DNA of 61,927 nucleotides, counting the filler. It is 6 parts of 6 records of this genome, joined end to end, with 100 filler letters (N's around TTAATTAATTAA, not from the genome) between each part and the next. Parts side by side here need not be neighbours in the genome. Positions count along the whole stretch, not along the records: positions 7,856 to 20,636 come from SRR20825010_1767; positions 20,737 to 45,410 come from SRR20825010_1775; 4 more parts are not named here. The stretch is one strand, 5' to 3'. The notes below the pieces were generated by a model. That model saw only the letters and a program-made list of their open reading frames with translations, made no database searches and was not told the origin of the DNA. Shown here in pieces: positions 17,225-26,944 of the stretch (its first letter is position 1; every line of letters starts with the position of its first letter). Made by a program: the position numbers and the translations under genes.

Positions 17225-19846
17225 CTAGTTATTTGCCGGTTTTTCCAGCTCATTTTCGTGCTCCAAACGTTGTTGATCCCTTATATCGCTTCTTTTTTGT
17301 AAATAACGAGAGGAATAGCTTTCAACCGGAAATAATACAAAAGCCAACAACGCGTGCATCATCACCTGGAAAATGGGGGCACCACCAGAAACATCTTCCA
17401 AATACGGCTCAAGTTGCGTATGAATGTATTCGAAAATAATAAATAAACTTATATAGACCAGGAATTTGATAACGCCCTTATTACTGATTCGACGAGCAAA
17501 AAAGACTGTGGTAAATACTAACATAACAAGGAACAGTACCTCACTCGATGAAAACCACCACGTTTGCCAATAGGGTGGCTTTATCTCAAATGATGCACGC
17601 ACAATATTCTCATCACTCCAATAAACCACGTTATCGGATTGCCGAACCTCGAAAGTGTATTTCCCTGGGTCAAGGTTGGTATAGGTCATCGATGTTTGGG
17701 GCAAAGCAGGTGACCAATCTGATTCATATCCGATCAATTTGTATTGATAAAGGTTCTGATGCGGGTTCCTTAAATTAACAGCGATGAAATCAAAAGTCAG
17801 GTCATGCTGATCGTGTTCGAACCGAATGCCATCGGGAATATCGCCCTGCAGTTTATTGCTTTTTGTGTACTCCCAAAGGTCAATTTCTTCATAAAACAAT
17901 CGAACATCCATAATGTGTGTTTCCAGCTGTTTGTAGCTAAAGGATTCATGTGGTGCAGCCAGGTAAGTCACTCCGTTGCGGTTGCCCAACCAAATATTGT
18001 GATCCCGATCGCTGAAAGCACTCCCCTGAATAAAACTCAGTTCAGTAAGGCCACTTGTGCTGGTTAAATTGGTAATTGAATTCGTGTGTTTATCCAACCG
18101 GCTCAATCCTTGTCGGTGACCAACCCAGATATGCCCGTCAAAATCGGCAATTATCGAGTTGCAGTAGTTGGACAATAATCCATTTTCAATCGTATAGTGC
18201 TCGAACTCCTCCCCTGTATATTTGAAAACACCATTTCCATGGGTGGCTACCCAAATAAATCCCTCCTTATCCACGCATATGTCATTAATATCTCTGGAAG
18301 GGAAAATCCCTTTTTTAGTCAATAAATCAAAGGTGCCGTCCACTTTAATAATTGCTAAACCCGCAGAATGAGCTCCAGACCAAATGTTACCATGTCGGTC
18401 TGCCTGTATAGAGTAAATTTCGTTGTGATAGAAGCCTGTACTTGTTGAATAATGTGCTAATTCCTTGCCCTCACGATCAAATTTATAAATACCAAAACCC
18501 GAAACTGAAACCCAGATATTCCCTTTTTGATCACATTTGATATCCCTAATAGGAGATGTTGCAAAATTGATATCCACAGGTATGCGCTTAACTTTATTAA
18601 GCTGGTCGTCGGATCTAAAAATACCTTGTGTCGCTGTTCCAATAATGAAGGTACTATCATAATCGTACCCAATGGAAGTGATCTCCATTCCTTCAAAAAA
18701 ATCAGACCTTGCAGCCATAAAACGGAGACTGTCAGACTTTTCCGGGTAATATCCTTTTATCATTCCATTGTTTGTAGCAAAAAAGTATTCATGCCTGGAA
18801 TTTTGAAGTGTCCCATTCACTTCATCCACTCCGAGTGTCTTGAAGGGAAAAAAGTGAAGTGACTTTTCCAACATCTGGGCCAGTCCCTGACCGACTGTTC
18901 CGCACCAGGTTGTTCGCTCCTGATCAATAAAAAGTGTGCCGATTTCATTGCCTGCAAAACCGTTCTTTTTGGTGTAATGTGAATACTGAACAGGGATGGA
19001 ATTATCGTAGTTAAAATTTATTTTGTAAAGTCCATCATATTTGGTTCCTAACCAGAGATCGCGATTCTCTGCCTCATCTATTGCGACGATGCTGTGATTG
19101 GGCAAAATTTGCGTCTTGATAGCACGATCCGGGAATTTGCCCGATTTGTCCCCGGTCACGTTCAACATGTAAAGTCCATCATCTGTGGTGCCAACCCAAA
19201 ATCCTTTTGCTTTCGCTCTGGCCTTAATGGAAATGACACTTACATAATCCAATTCCTTGATTGAGCCCATCGCTTTGGGTGTGCCATCGGATACATCAAA
19301 TTTTTGAAGACCATCGGACGTACCAATAAATAATATGTCGTCGTAGATGCCCATGCAATCAGCCACTAAACCTCTGATTTCAGCTACCATGTGCTGATTA
19401 AATTTTGAGTCCCCCGGCTTCAATGACTTCAACCCGTTGTTTTGAGTTAGCGCCCAAATAGTACCATCGCTTGCTTCCACGAAAGTATTAACCTTCGATT
19501 TAGATTCATTGAGTGAATCCATTAAATGAAATCCCCTGCCGTCCCACTTTCGAATACTTCCGCTTAATTGTCCGAAATAGAGGATGTTTTCCTTTGACCT
19601 GAATGACGAAACGAATGGATCGTTTATGGAGTCTTTAACAAAATTGGCCTCAAACTTCTTTCCATCGTATTTAAACAGTCCATTTTCAGTGCCTACCCAC
19701 AAAAAACCATCGTGATCCTGAACCAAAGAATAGACGTAAGTACCTGTTAATCCCGTCGTTGGATCAAAAGTTCGGATGTCGTAAAAATCAGCAAATAAAG
19801 AAACGGAGAATATATAAAGAAGCAGGAGTATTGGGTATTTCTTCAT
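17225..19846 (-). CDS. Beta-propeller / Y_Y_Y sensor-domain membrane protein lacking a kinase domain
   Basis: Repeats of type DxxGxxWxGTxxGL, YQYKLIGYESDW...YTNLDPGKYTFEVR, PPYWQTWWF, then about three hydrophobic helices and a short tail. Confidence 0.88.
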   Translation of the reverse strand: MKKYPILLLLYIFSVSLFADFYDIRTFDPTTGLTGTYVYSLVQDHDGFLWVGTENGLFKYDGKKFEANFVKDSINDPFVSSFRSKENILYFGQLSGSIRKWDGRGFHLMDSLNESKSKVNTFVEASDGTIWALTQNNGLKSLKPGDSKFNQHMVAEIRGLVADCMGIYDDILFIGTSDGLQKFDVSDGTPKAMGSIKELDYVSVISIKARAKAKGFWVGTTDDGLYMLNVTGDKSGKFPDRAIKTQILPNHSIVAIDEAENRDLWLGTKYDGLYKINFNYDNSIPVQYSHYTKKNGFAGNEIGTLFIDQERTTWCGTVGQGLAQMLEKSLHFFPFKTLGVDEVNGTLQNSRHEYFFATNNGMIKGYYPEKSDSLRFMAARSDFFEGMEITSIGYDYDSTFIIGTATQGIFRSDDQLNKVKRIPVDINFATSPIRDIKCDQKGNIWVSVSGFGIYKFDREGKELAHYSTSTGFYHNEIYSIQADRHGNIWSGAHSAGLAIIKVDGTFDLLTKKGIFPSRDINDICVDKEGFIWVATHGNGVFKYTGEEFEHYTIENGLLSNYCNSIIADFDGHIWVGHRQGLSRLDKHTNSITNLTSTSGLTELSFIQGSAFSDRDHNIWLGNRNGVTYLAAPHESFSYKQLETHIMDVRLFYEEIDLWEYTKSNKLQGDIPDGIRFEHDQHDLTFDFIAVNLRNPHQNLYQYKLIGYESDWSPALPQTSMTYTNLDPGKYTFEVRQSDNVVYWSDENIVRASFEIKPPYWQTWWFSSSEVLFLVMLVFTTVFFARRISNKGVIKFLVYISLFIIFEYIHTQLEPYLEDVSGGAPIFQVMMHALLAFVLFPVESYSSRYLQKRSDIRDQQRLEHENELEKPANN

Positions 19847-19855
19847 AACGCTAGT

Positions 19856-20636
19856 TTAATCTTTAACATAAGAAAGGTTGACCTTGTATTTATACTTGGG
19901 AGGACCACCAATGGGTATGGTAAAGAATGGAATGGCCTGATTGTACTGGTTGCGAAGATAAAAAACCATGTCATTATTTACCCTTCCATGTTTCAATATT
20001 TGAATATCGATGGTTGTATTTTGTTCGTTTTCCGTAATCTGATGTGTGCTATAAGCCCACCCCAGATTAGGCGAACGCGCCATTTTATGCCTATTTTTTT
20101 CAACAGAATAAAGGACAATTTCTCCGTCATAGTCAAAATCAAAATTGTGTTGGGTCACAGAAATCACCCCCTCATCCATGAAAGGATAGATATGTGCGAT
20201 GATCTTTTCTGTCTGGGGAAGCCTGAATGAATATTCATAGGTAAATGCGTTGGCTCCTTCTACGGGTATGTTTTCGTTTGGATTGAGACTGAAGAAATAG
20301 CGGTATAAATTCCCATCATCACCCTGCACTCCTTCACAAATAATTTTGAAAACATAACCCTTCAACGCCGCTTCGTTTTCTCCTTCACTTGGATTGAAAG
20401 GACCGAACGTATACCATTTTCCATCGTACCGGGCGTCATCTTTAAATGATTTGGTCGCCAGAAGAGTCCCGCTCTTAAAATTACCTATGGGGTCAATCTC
20501 CTGGGCATCAGGATCCGAATGAGCCCCCTTACCGCCGTAAATAGAAAACTTGGTGACAGAGTTGAAAACTCCTTTCGCCTCATCAAACTCCCCTCCAATG
20601 TCCGGATCCAACACACGTATATACACTGGTTCAGTA
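19856..20636 (-). CDS. Hypothetical protein (5' truncated by contig end)
   Basis: Frame open to the contig edge (TEPVYIRVLDPDIGG..WYTFGPFNPSEG..GDDGNLY); stop 9 nt before the propeller gene. Confidence 0.8.
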
Positions 20637-20736
20637 NNNNNNNNNNNNNNNNNNNNNNNNNNNNNNNNNNNNNNNNNNNNTTAATTAATTAANNNNNNNN
20701 NNNNNNNNNNNNNNNNNNNNNNNNNNNNNNNNNNNN
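20637..20736. other. Artificial contig spacer
   Basis: 44 N + TTAATTAATTAA + 44 N. Confidence 0.98.
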
Positions 20737-20737
20737 C

Positions 20738-20971
20738 TATGTCTGGCCGGGCGGCGGCATCACCATTATGGCCGATGTCATGCAGACACCCGACGGCGCG
20801 TTCGGCTCCGTTCCCACTCCAGCGCTGGTCGCGCCACTGGAATTTACCGTCAGCCGCGAGGAATACCGGCAGCTCGGCGGGCATGACGATGCCGTCCGCT
20901 CTCTGGAAGACGTTCTTGCACTGGGCGGAGAATATGGCTCTGACAGCCGTATACTCGGAACTGGCGGATGA
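20738..20971 (+). CDS. C-terminal fragment of a 6-hydroxynicotinate reductase-like protein
   Basis: YVWPGGGITIMADV..PDGAFGSVPTPALVAPLEFT..YRQLGGH recalled as the Hnr C-terminus; neighbours UPF0280 and AA_synth fit; only 77 codons visible. Confidence 0.7.
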   Translation, partial: YVWPGGGITIMADVMQTPDGAFGSVPTPALVAPLEFTVSREEYRQLGGHDDAVRSLEDVLALGGEYGSDSRILGTGG

Positions 20972-21813
20972 GTACCGCGCCGCAAGCAGCCATGCTACCG
21001 GACGGTCAACGGCTGCATCTGCATCACGGTCCGATCGACCTGATTATCCAGGCTTGGGGAGTTGAGCGCCAAACCTGTTATGAGCAGGCCATCGAACGCT
21101 TCCAAACCATCCTGACGGGACTGGTGTCGGAATTGCCCGCCTTGCGCTCACCTGTCTCGCAGAAATCTGCTTTCTCCGACCCGGTTGCGCGCCGTATGGG
21201 CGCCACGGTTGTCGGATACGAGGGCTTTTTCATAACGCCCATGGCCGCCGTCGCCGGAGCGGTCGCGGATGAGATTCTGGCCGCGATGATCTCTGGCTGC
21301 AATGTATCAAAGGCCTATGTGAATAATGGCGGCGACATCGCCTTTCATCTGTCGGGTGACGAGAACACCGTCGTTGCCGCACCGGGCGGAGCCATCCATA
21401 TCGCCGCCACCGATCCGGTGCGCGGGATCGCTACTTCCGGCTGGCGCGGCCGCAGTCATTCGCTCGGGATAGCGGACGCTGTCACGGTCGCGGCCCGGTC
21501 GGCTGCCGATGCCGATGCCGCCGCAACCCTGATCGCCAACGCGGTGGACCTGCCCGGTCACCCCGCCATCGAACGGGTGCCGGCACAGGACATCACGCCT
21601 GACAGCGACCTTGGCGACCGAAAGGTCACTGTCTCCGTCGGCGCATTGTCGGGCGCCGAGATAACCTTGGCGCTTCAGTCTGGCGAAGCGCTGGCCCAGC
21701 GTCTCGTCTCGGAAGAAAAGATCATCCAGGCATCGCTTATGCTTGAGGGTGATGTCAGGGTCGTTACAGCCAATACAGAAATCACACCCCAAGGAACGCT
21801 CGCTCATGCCTGA
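20968..21813 (+). CDS. UPF0280 family protein (ApbE superfamily)
   Basis: RLHLHHGPIDLII, TPMAAVAGAVAD, VNNGGDIA, GIATSGWRGRSHSLGIADAVTV, ADAAATLIAN; ATGA overlap with the upstream gene. Confidence 0.88.
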   Translation: MSTAPQAAMLPDGQRLHLHHGPIDLIIQAWGVERQTCYEQAIERFQTILTGLVSELPALRSPVSQKSAFSDPVARRMGATVVGYEGFFITPMAAVAGAVADEILAAMISGCNVSKAYVNNGGDIAFHLSGDENTVVAAPGGAIHIAATDPVRGIATSGWRGRSHSLGIADAVTVAARSAADADAAATLIANAVDLPGHPAIERVPAQDITPDSDLGDRKVTVSVGALSGAEITLALQSGEALAQRLVSEEKIIQASLMLEGDVRVVTANTEITPQGTLAHA

Positions 21814-22387
21814 TTTTTCCGTCCGCAAGATGCAGATGATCATAGAGGAAGTCCGGCATGATGGTGGCCCTGCCCCTGAAACACCGAGGCGACTGGGCGC
21901 TGTTCTGGCCTGCATCCACAATCCGTTTGCCGGCCGTTATGTTGCCGATCTCCAGCCTGCGATGGGGGACTTGAAGCCTCTCGGCCTGGAAATGAGCGAA
22001 CGCCTGATCGCTGCGCTCGGTGGCGCGGACCGTATCGACGGTTACGGCAAGGCGATGCTGGTCGGCGAGAATGGAGAACTCGAGCATGGCGCGCTCTGGC
22101 ATGTACCCGGCGGTTATGCGATGCGCCAGCTCCTGGGTGATTCCAACGCGATCGTGCCATCCAACATGAAACGTGGCGGTGTCGGCTCGACATTGGACAT
22201 CCCGCTCGGCCACATAAATGCGGCCTATGTACGGAGCCATTTCGACGGTTTCGAAGTCCGCTTGCCGGATGGACCGCGCGCGGACGAAATGGTCCTGGCA
22301 CTGGCTATGTCGTGCGGCGGCCGCGTCCATAGCCGCATGGGCGGCCTGGAAGCTCGGGACGTGAAAGGCGAAGACGGTCTCAGATAG
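21806..22387 (+). CDS. Amino acid synthesis family protein (AA_synth/DUF1185)
   Basis: NPFAGRYVADL, YGKAMLVGENGELEHGA, DIPLGHINAAYVRSHFD, DGPRADE; start ATG 21806. Confidence 0.85.
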   Translation: MPDFSVRKMQMIIEEVRHDGGPAPETPRRLGAVLACIHNPFAGRYVADLQPAMGDLKPLGLEMSERLIAALGGADRIDGYGKAMLVGENGELEHGALWHVPGGYAMRQLLGDSNAIVPSNMKRGGVGSTLDIPLGHINAAYVRSHFDGFEVRLPDGPRADEMVLALAMSCGGRVHSRMGGLEARDVKGEDGLR

Positions 22388-22466
22388 GCCTGCACCCAAA
22401 TATTGCTTGTGTACAAGCAATCTCTGTCACGGCAGAATATGAGCTGGATTTCGATGGAGATTTGTC

Positions 22467-23297
22467 ATGTCGGACGCGATGCAGGAAGCAGACGGTAACG
22501 AAACGACCCATCAGGGTTTTGCGATCCCGGCAGGGGTTTATGCCGAGCCGGTCCTTTCCGTGAAACATTATACGGACCGTCTGTTCTCATTCCGGATAGC
22601 ACGCCCTGCCGCCTTCCGCTTCCGGTCCGGAGAATTCGTGATGATCGGTCTTCCCAATGCCGAAAAGCCGGTCTTCCGCGCCTATTCCATCGCCTCGCCA
22701 TCCTGGGACGAAGAGCTGGAATTCTATTCCATCAAGGTTCCGGACGGGCCGCTGACGGAACATCTGCAAAAGATCCAGCCGGGCGACACGGTGCTGCTGC
22801 GCAAGAAGTCTGTCGGTACCCTAGTCAACGATGCCCTGATCCCGGGCAAGCGGCTTTGGCTGTTCTCGACGGGAACGGGCATCGCACCCTTCGTCAGCGT
22901 CATCCGCGATCCCGAAACCTACGACAAGTTCGAACAGGTCATCCTGTGTCACACCTGCCGTGAAGTGGACGAACTGACATATGGTTACGAGATCGTCGAA
23001 GCGACCAAATCGGATCCGTTGATTGGCGAAGAAGCGACCGCGAAACTTGTCCATTACGCAACGACGACACGGCAAGACAGCCCGCATATGGGCCGGATCA
23101 CCGATCTCATTCAGAGCGGCAAACTGTTCTCGGATCTAGGCCTGCCTCCCCTCGATCCCAAGGCGGATCGCGGAATGATCTGCGGCTCCATGGATTTTCT
23201 GAAAGACACCAAACGGATCCTGGAAGAAGCCGGTCTCTCGGAAGGCGCAAACTCGAATCCTGGCGAATTCGTCGTGGAACGTGCTTTTGTCGACTGA
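22467..23297 (+). CDS. fpr: Ferredoxin-NADP+ reductase
   Basis: FRSGEFVMIGL, RAYSIAS, GPLT, STGTGIAPF, MICGS, VERAFVD. Confidence 0.95.
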   Translation: MSDAMQEADGNETTHQGFAIPAGVYAEPVLSVKHYTDRLFSFRIARPAAFRFRSGEFVMIGLPNAEKPVFRAYSIASPSWDEELEFYSIKVPDGPLTEHLQKIQPGDTVLLRKKSVGTLVNDALIPGKRLWLFSTGTGIAPFVSVIRDPETYDKFEQVILCHTCREVDELTYGYEIVEATKSDPLIGEEATAKLVHYATTTRQDSPHMGRITDLIQSGKLFSDLGLPPLDPKADRGMICGSMDFLKDTKRILEEAGLSEGANSNPGEFVVERAFVD

Positions 23298-23304
23298 GCT
23301 AAAC

Positions 23305-23556
23305 TCAATCCTTCATGACGATCTTTGCTGCCGGTGCCCGGCCTTCTGAATCGACAAGCGTCTTGAAGGTCGTCCGCGTGTCTGATTTCTCAAAGCTTTT
23401 GGAGAAGCGGATCATTCCGTCCGATGTTCGCAGCAGCACGTGGTGCTGTCGGCACAGGGCGGCGAGATCACCAAGAAAAGCGGCGGCTTCCTGCTTGGTG
23501 AGAAGCAGCTTCTGATGATCTTTCTGTAACTCGCCGATCAAATTCGGGTCTATCAT
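23305..23556 (-). CDS. Hypothetical protein, 83 aa
   Basis: ATG start, protein-like composition, ends 7 nt from the fpr stop; no motif recognised. Confidence 0.6.
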   Translation of the reverse strand: MIDPNLIGELQKDHQKLLLTKQEAAAFLGDLAALCRQHHVLLRTSDGMIRFSKSFEKSDTRTTFKTLVDSEGRAPAAKIVMKD

Positions 23557-23583
23557 CGGGTTCCGGTCCCTTGGTCGCGGTCA

Positions 23584-24216
23584 TTGTCTGGATCTCTGGT
23601 GGGCAGAATAGCACTTGAGGATGCTCTGAAGAAACCTGGTCGGGTGATCACTTGGCATGCAGGTGAGCACAACAGGTCACACAAGAGCTCGCAGCGCGAA
23701 GACTATATCACGGTCGTCCCCAAGGAACTCGCGGGCATGCTGCATGCCATTGGCTCGACGACCACGCTCTATGAGTTTCTGGAAGTTTTCATCGAAGACC
23801 TGCTTTACGAGCGGTTTGCCGCTATGCCGGAATGCGCCGGTGTACCCGATGCGGGCGCCGAACCGGTTCTGGAGTTGCGCGGGTATTTCGATCGCTGGAT
23901 GGAGTTCTATGTCCGTGAGGTCATCCCGCCCCTGCCCGATCCATCGGGACCGGCGGGCGCTGCGGGCTTCGTCGACGCCATGAAGCGGCAGCAGCCCCGC
24001 TGGCTTATCCTGGCAAACCAGAACGCGCGTGACGAGGCGCGCTGCATGGAAGGGTTTGAAACCTTGCTTGATGTCGCCGAAACGGTATCGAAGCGTTTCG
24101 ACCTACGCCTCGATCTTGAAATGGCCCGCAACGGTTTCAGAAGTATGCTGCGCAGACGCGCGGAATCGGAGGGAAAGCCAGCTGACTGGAGCTTGCTCGA
24201 TCTCGAGAAGATCTGA
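23584..24216 (+). CDS. Hypothetical protein (start uncertain, probably later)
   Basis: Helical, acidic, protein-like sequence from about MLHAIGSTT onward; no motif recognised. Confidence 0.6.
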   Translation: MSGSLVGRIALEDALKKPGRVITWHAGEHNRSHKSSQREDYITVVPKELAGMLHAIGSTTTLYEFLEVFIEDLLYERFAAMPECAGVPDAGAEPVLELRGYFDRWMEFYVREVIPPLPDPSGPAGAAGFVDAMKRQQPRWLILANQNARDEARCMEGFETLLDVAETVSKRFDLRLDLEMARNGFRSMLRRRAESEGKPADWSLLDLEKI

Positions 24217-24282
24217 TTCTTCCCATCAAGGAAAACAGATAACTATTTGATATAAGTAATTATTACTCTGCCTTTGACCCAT

Positions 24283-24930
24283 TTAATAGCTGGTTCTACC
24301 TTTCAAATCCTGAAACGGGATCATCACATGCTCCCGGTAAGCAGGCCGCTCCTTCAGGCGTTCATACCAGGCCTCAACGCGCGGCACGGAGGGCCATTCG
24401 AGGTCCATGCCGAAAAGCCGGTAGAGATTGGTCCCGGTCGGAATATCCGCCAGACCGAATTGTGCGCCACCAAGAAAGTCACGGCCATCCAGGGCATCAT
24501 TCAGACGGATTAAACATTGGCTCGTAAGGCTCTGTTTTTCCCGGATCATCGGCCAGTCGCGCTGCGCCTCCGGTGCACGGAAATAACCCCAGAATATGCC
24601 GGTCAGAAAGGCCGGTTGAAGGCTGGTCTGGGACCAATCCATCCATCTGTCGGCCTCCGATCTTGCCGCCGGGTCATCCGGCCAAAGCGCCGCATCGCCA
24701 AAAACGGCAGCAAGATAGCGCAGGATGGCATGGGATTCCCAGACAACCGTTCCGTCGTGATCAATCACCGGAACCTTGCCGTTCGGGTTCATGGCAAGGA
24801 ATGCCGGGTCATCCAGACCGCCTGCCGCGCCGCCCAGTTCCGTGTGCTCGTGTGGCAGATCAAGTTCGCCGATCAGCCACATAACCTTCTGCACATTGAA
24901 GGCGCTGCGCCGTCCCCAGACTTTCAGCAT
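24283..24930 (-). CDS. Glutathione S-transferase (GstB-like)
   Basis: VWGRRSAFNVQKV, MNPNGKVPVI, WESHAILRYL, GLADI. Confidence 0.93.
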   Translation of the reverse strand: MLKVWGRRSAFNVQKVMWLIGELDLPHEHTELGGAAGGLDDPAFLAMNPNGKVPVIDHDGTVVWESHAILRYLAAVFGDAALWPDDPAARSEADRWMDWSQTSLQPAFLTGIFWGYFRAPEAQRDWPMIREKQSLTSQCLIRLNDALDGRDFLGGAQFGLADIPTGTNLYRLFGMDLEWPSVPRVEAWYERLKERPAYREHVMIPFQDLKGRTSY

Positions 24931-25106
24931 CGACCCGCTCCCGGTATCCCCATTACAGAACGGTCATTGTAAGGCGCAAAGGCGAATGCGCAATCAGCCG
25001 GTCACTGCATATCGGGAAACTCACTGACACCGAACGAGCACGCCCTTGCCTGTCATGGGGATCCTAGACTGAGGGATCGAAACCATCCTTCAGGAGATCC
25101 GGGAAT

Positions 25107-26120
25107 ATGGGCGCGGTCAGTGAGTTCGAATACCGCTACAACATGACGATCAAGGCATTTCCGTCACATGCCGAGCCAGCCTTCGAGAGCGCTGCACAGC
25201 AGGAAGAGGTCTGGGGCTGCAAGTGGGGCTGCGACAATGATGTTGGCCAGCTCCGGAAGGTGCTGATGCATCGTCCCGGCGACGAGATGAAGATCATCGA
25301 CCCGAAAATGCGCCTTGAGCATCTGGGCTCCTATGGCGATGCCGAGGGCGAGACCTGGTATTGGCGCGGTGACGAGGTTTATCCGGTTGAAGAGCTGCAG
25401 GCGCAGCATGACGGGTTGGCTGATGCGCTGCGCGCCGAAGGTGTCGAGGTTGTCTATCTGAAGCGCTGCGCGCCCGGTAGACACAAGGCGGTCTATACCC
25501 GTGATTCCTGCATCGGGGTTAAAGGTGGCGCCATCGTCACCCGGCTGGGCCCTATCGTCCGGCGTGGCGAGGAAGCACCGGTTACGGAAACGCTGGGCTC
25601 GATCGGCATGCCGATCCTGCGCACCATCCATGGCACCGGCCTGATGGAGGGCGGTAGTTTTGTCTGGCTGAACTCGAAAACCGCCGTGATCGGCCGCTCC
25701 TCAAGGGTGAACGAGGAAGGCACGCGACAGGTCGAGGAAGTACTGAACGCTCAGGGTGTCGAGCTGTTGCGCGTCGATCTGACCGGCTACCGGCTGCATA
25801 TAGACGGCACGATGGTGATGGTGGATGTGGATACCGCCATCGTTAATCCAAGTATCCTGCCCTTCTGGTTCCTGGAAAAACTTCAGGAAATGGGTATCCG
25901 AACCATTGAGGTTCATCCGGACGATCCAACGGGTGTCGTGAACTGCCTCGCCGTCCGGCCGGGACGTGTGATCATGCAATCCAACGTCTCGCCGCGCACG
26001 GCGGAGACCATGGACAAGCTGGGCATCGAGATTATCGAAGTGCCCTACGCCAAGATGTTCCAGGGCGGCGGCGGTATTCATTGCTCAACCTCGCCACTGA
26101 TCCGGGATTCCGTGGATTGA
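25107..26120 (+). CDS. Amidinotransferase / dimethylargininase / arginine deiminase-fold enzyme
   Basis: LRKVLMHRPG, YTRD, RRGEE, EGG, LHID, GGGIHCST catalytic Cys. Confidence 0.88.
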   Translation: MGAVSEFEYRYNMTIKAFPSHAEPAFESAAQQEEVWGCKWGCDNDVGQLRKVLMHRPGDEMKIIDPKMRLEHLGSYGDAEGETWYWRGDEVYPVEELQAQHDGLADALRAEGVEVVYLKRCAPGRHKAVYTRDSCIGVKGGAIVTRLGPIVRRGEEAPVTETLGSIGMPILRTIHGTGLMEGGSFVWLNSKTAVIGRSSRVNEEGTRQVEEVLNAQGVELLRVDLTGYRLHIDGTMVMVDVDTAIVNPSILPFWFLEKLQEMGIRTIEVHPDDPTGVVNCLAVRPGRVIMQSNVSPRTAETMDKLGIEIIEVPYAKMFQGGGGIHCSTSPLIRDSVD

Positions 26121-26124
26121 TACA

Positions 26125-26156
26125 TTCTGCGCCGGGGCTTCGGTCCCGGTGCGGAA
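26125..26156. terminator. Hairpin between convergent genes
   Basis: TTCTGCGCCGGGGC-TTCG-GTCCCGGTGCGGAA, a c(UUCG)g tetraloop with G-U pairs; no long U tract. Confidence 0.6.
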
Positions 26157-26159
26157 TTC

Positions 26160-26936
26160 CTAGATTTCGATCACCAGACCGTCATAACCGGGTTCGGCGC
26201 CCGGCGGGCACTTCGCGAGAGTTTCCTCGTAGTCGAGAGAGGCCGCCATGTGGGTGAAATATGCCCTGCCCGGTTTCACGCGTTCGATCCAGCCGAGCGC
26301 GGTCTCCAGATTGGCGTGGCTGCGGGCCGGATCAATGCGGAGACAGTCCACGATCCAGACCGGGATGTCCTGCAGCCGGTCCAGTTCCGCGTCGGTAAAA
26401 ATGGCGACATCGGTCGAGTAAGCGAACACCCCGTTCACCAGCAGGCCAAGAGAGGTACCGCTGGGGCCGTGGTCCTGCTCCGACAACTCAATGGAGAAAG
26501 GACCTATCTCTAATATATCGCCGGCCGCAATGTCTCGTGCTTTCAGTGGTGAGCGGAAATGTGGCGGGCTGTCCGGCGTTTTTTCGAACATATATTCGAA
26601 CCGCTTGAACAAATCGCTCCGGGTCTTTGCATCCATATAGGTTGGGATCTGTTTGTCCGTCCCCCAGCAGAGCGGCCGGATGTCGTCTATCCCGTGCACA
26701 TGATCCGCGTGGCTATGGGTATAGATAATCGCATCCAGATCGGTGACCTGAGCATCCACAAGCTGGTCGTGCAAATCCGGCGTGGTATCGACCAGGATTG
26801 TTGTCCCGCCCTCTTCCAGCAGGATCGACGGGCGCCGTCTGCGGTTCTTCGGGTTTGCCGGATCACATGCGCCCCATCCGTCACCGACAACCGGAACGCC
26901 GGAAGACGGCCCGCATCCGAGCATCGTGATCTTCAT
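26160..26936 (-). CDS. MBL-fold metallohydrolase (PhnP-like)
   Basis: LGCGPSSGVP, THSHADHVHGIDD, YSTD, FTHM. Confidence 0.92.
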   Translation of the reverse strand: MKITMLGCGPSSGVPVVGDGWGACDPANPKNRRRRPSILLEEGGTTILVDTTPDLHDQLVDAQVTDLDAIIYTHSHADHVHGIDDIRPLCWGTDKQIPTYMDAKTRSDLFKRFEYMFEKTPDSPPHFRSPLKARDIAAGDILEIGPFSIELSEQDHGPSGTSLGLLVNGVFAYSTDVAIFTDAELDRLQDIPVWIVDCLRIDPARSHANLETALGWIERVKPGRAYFTHMAASLDYEETLAKCPPGAEPGYDGLVIEI

Positions 26937-26944
26937 GGGTGCGA

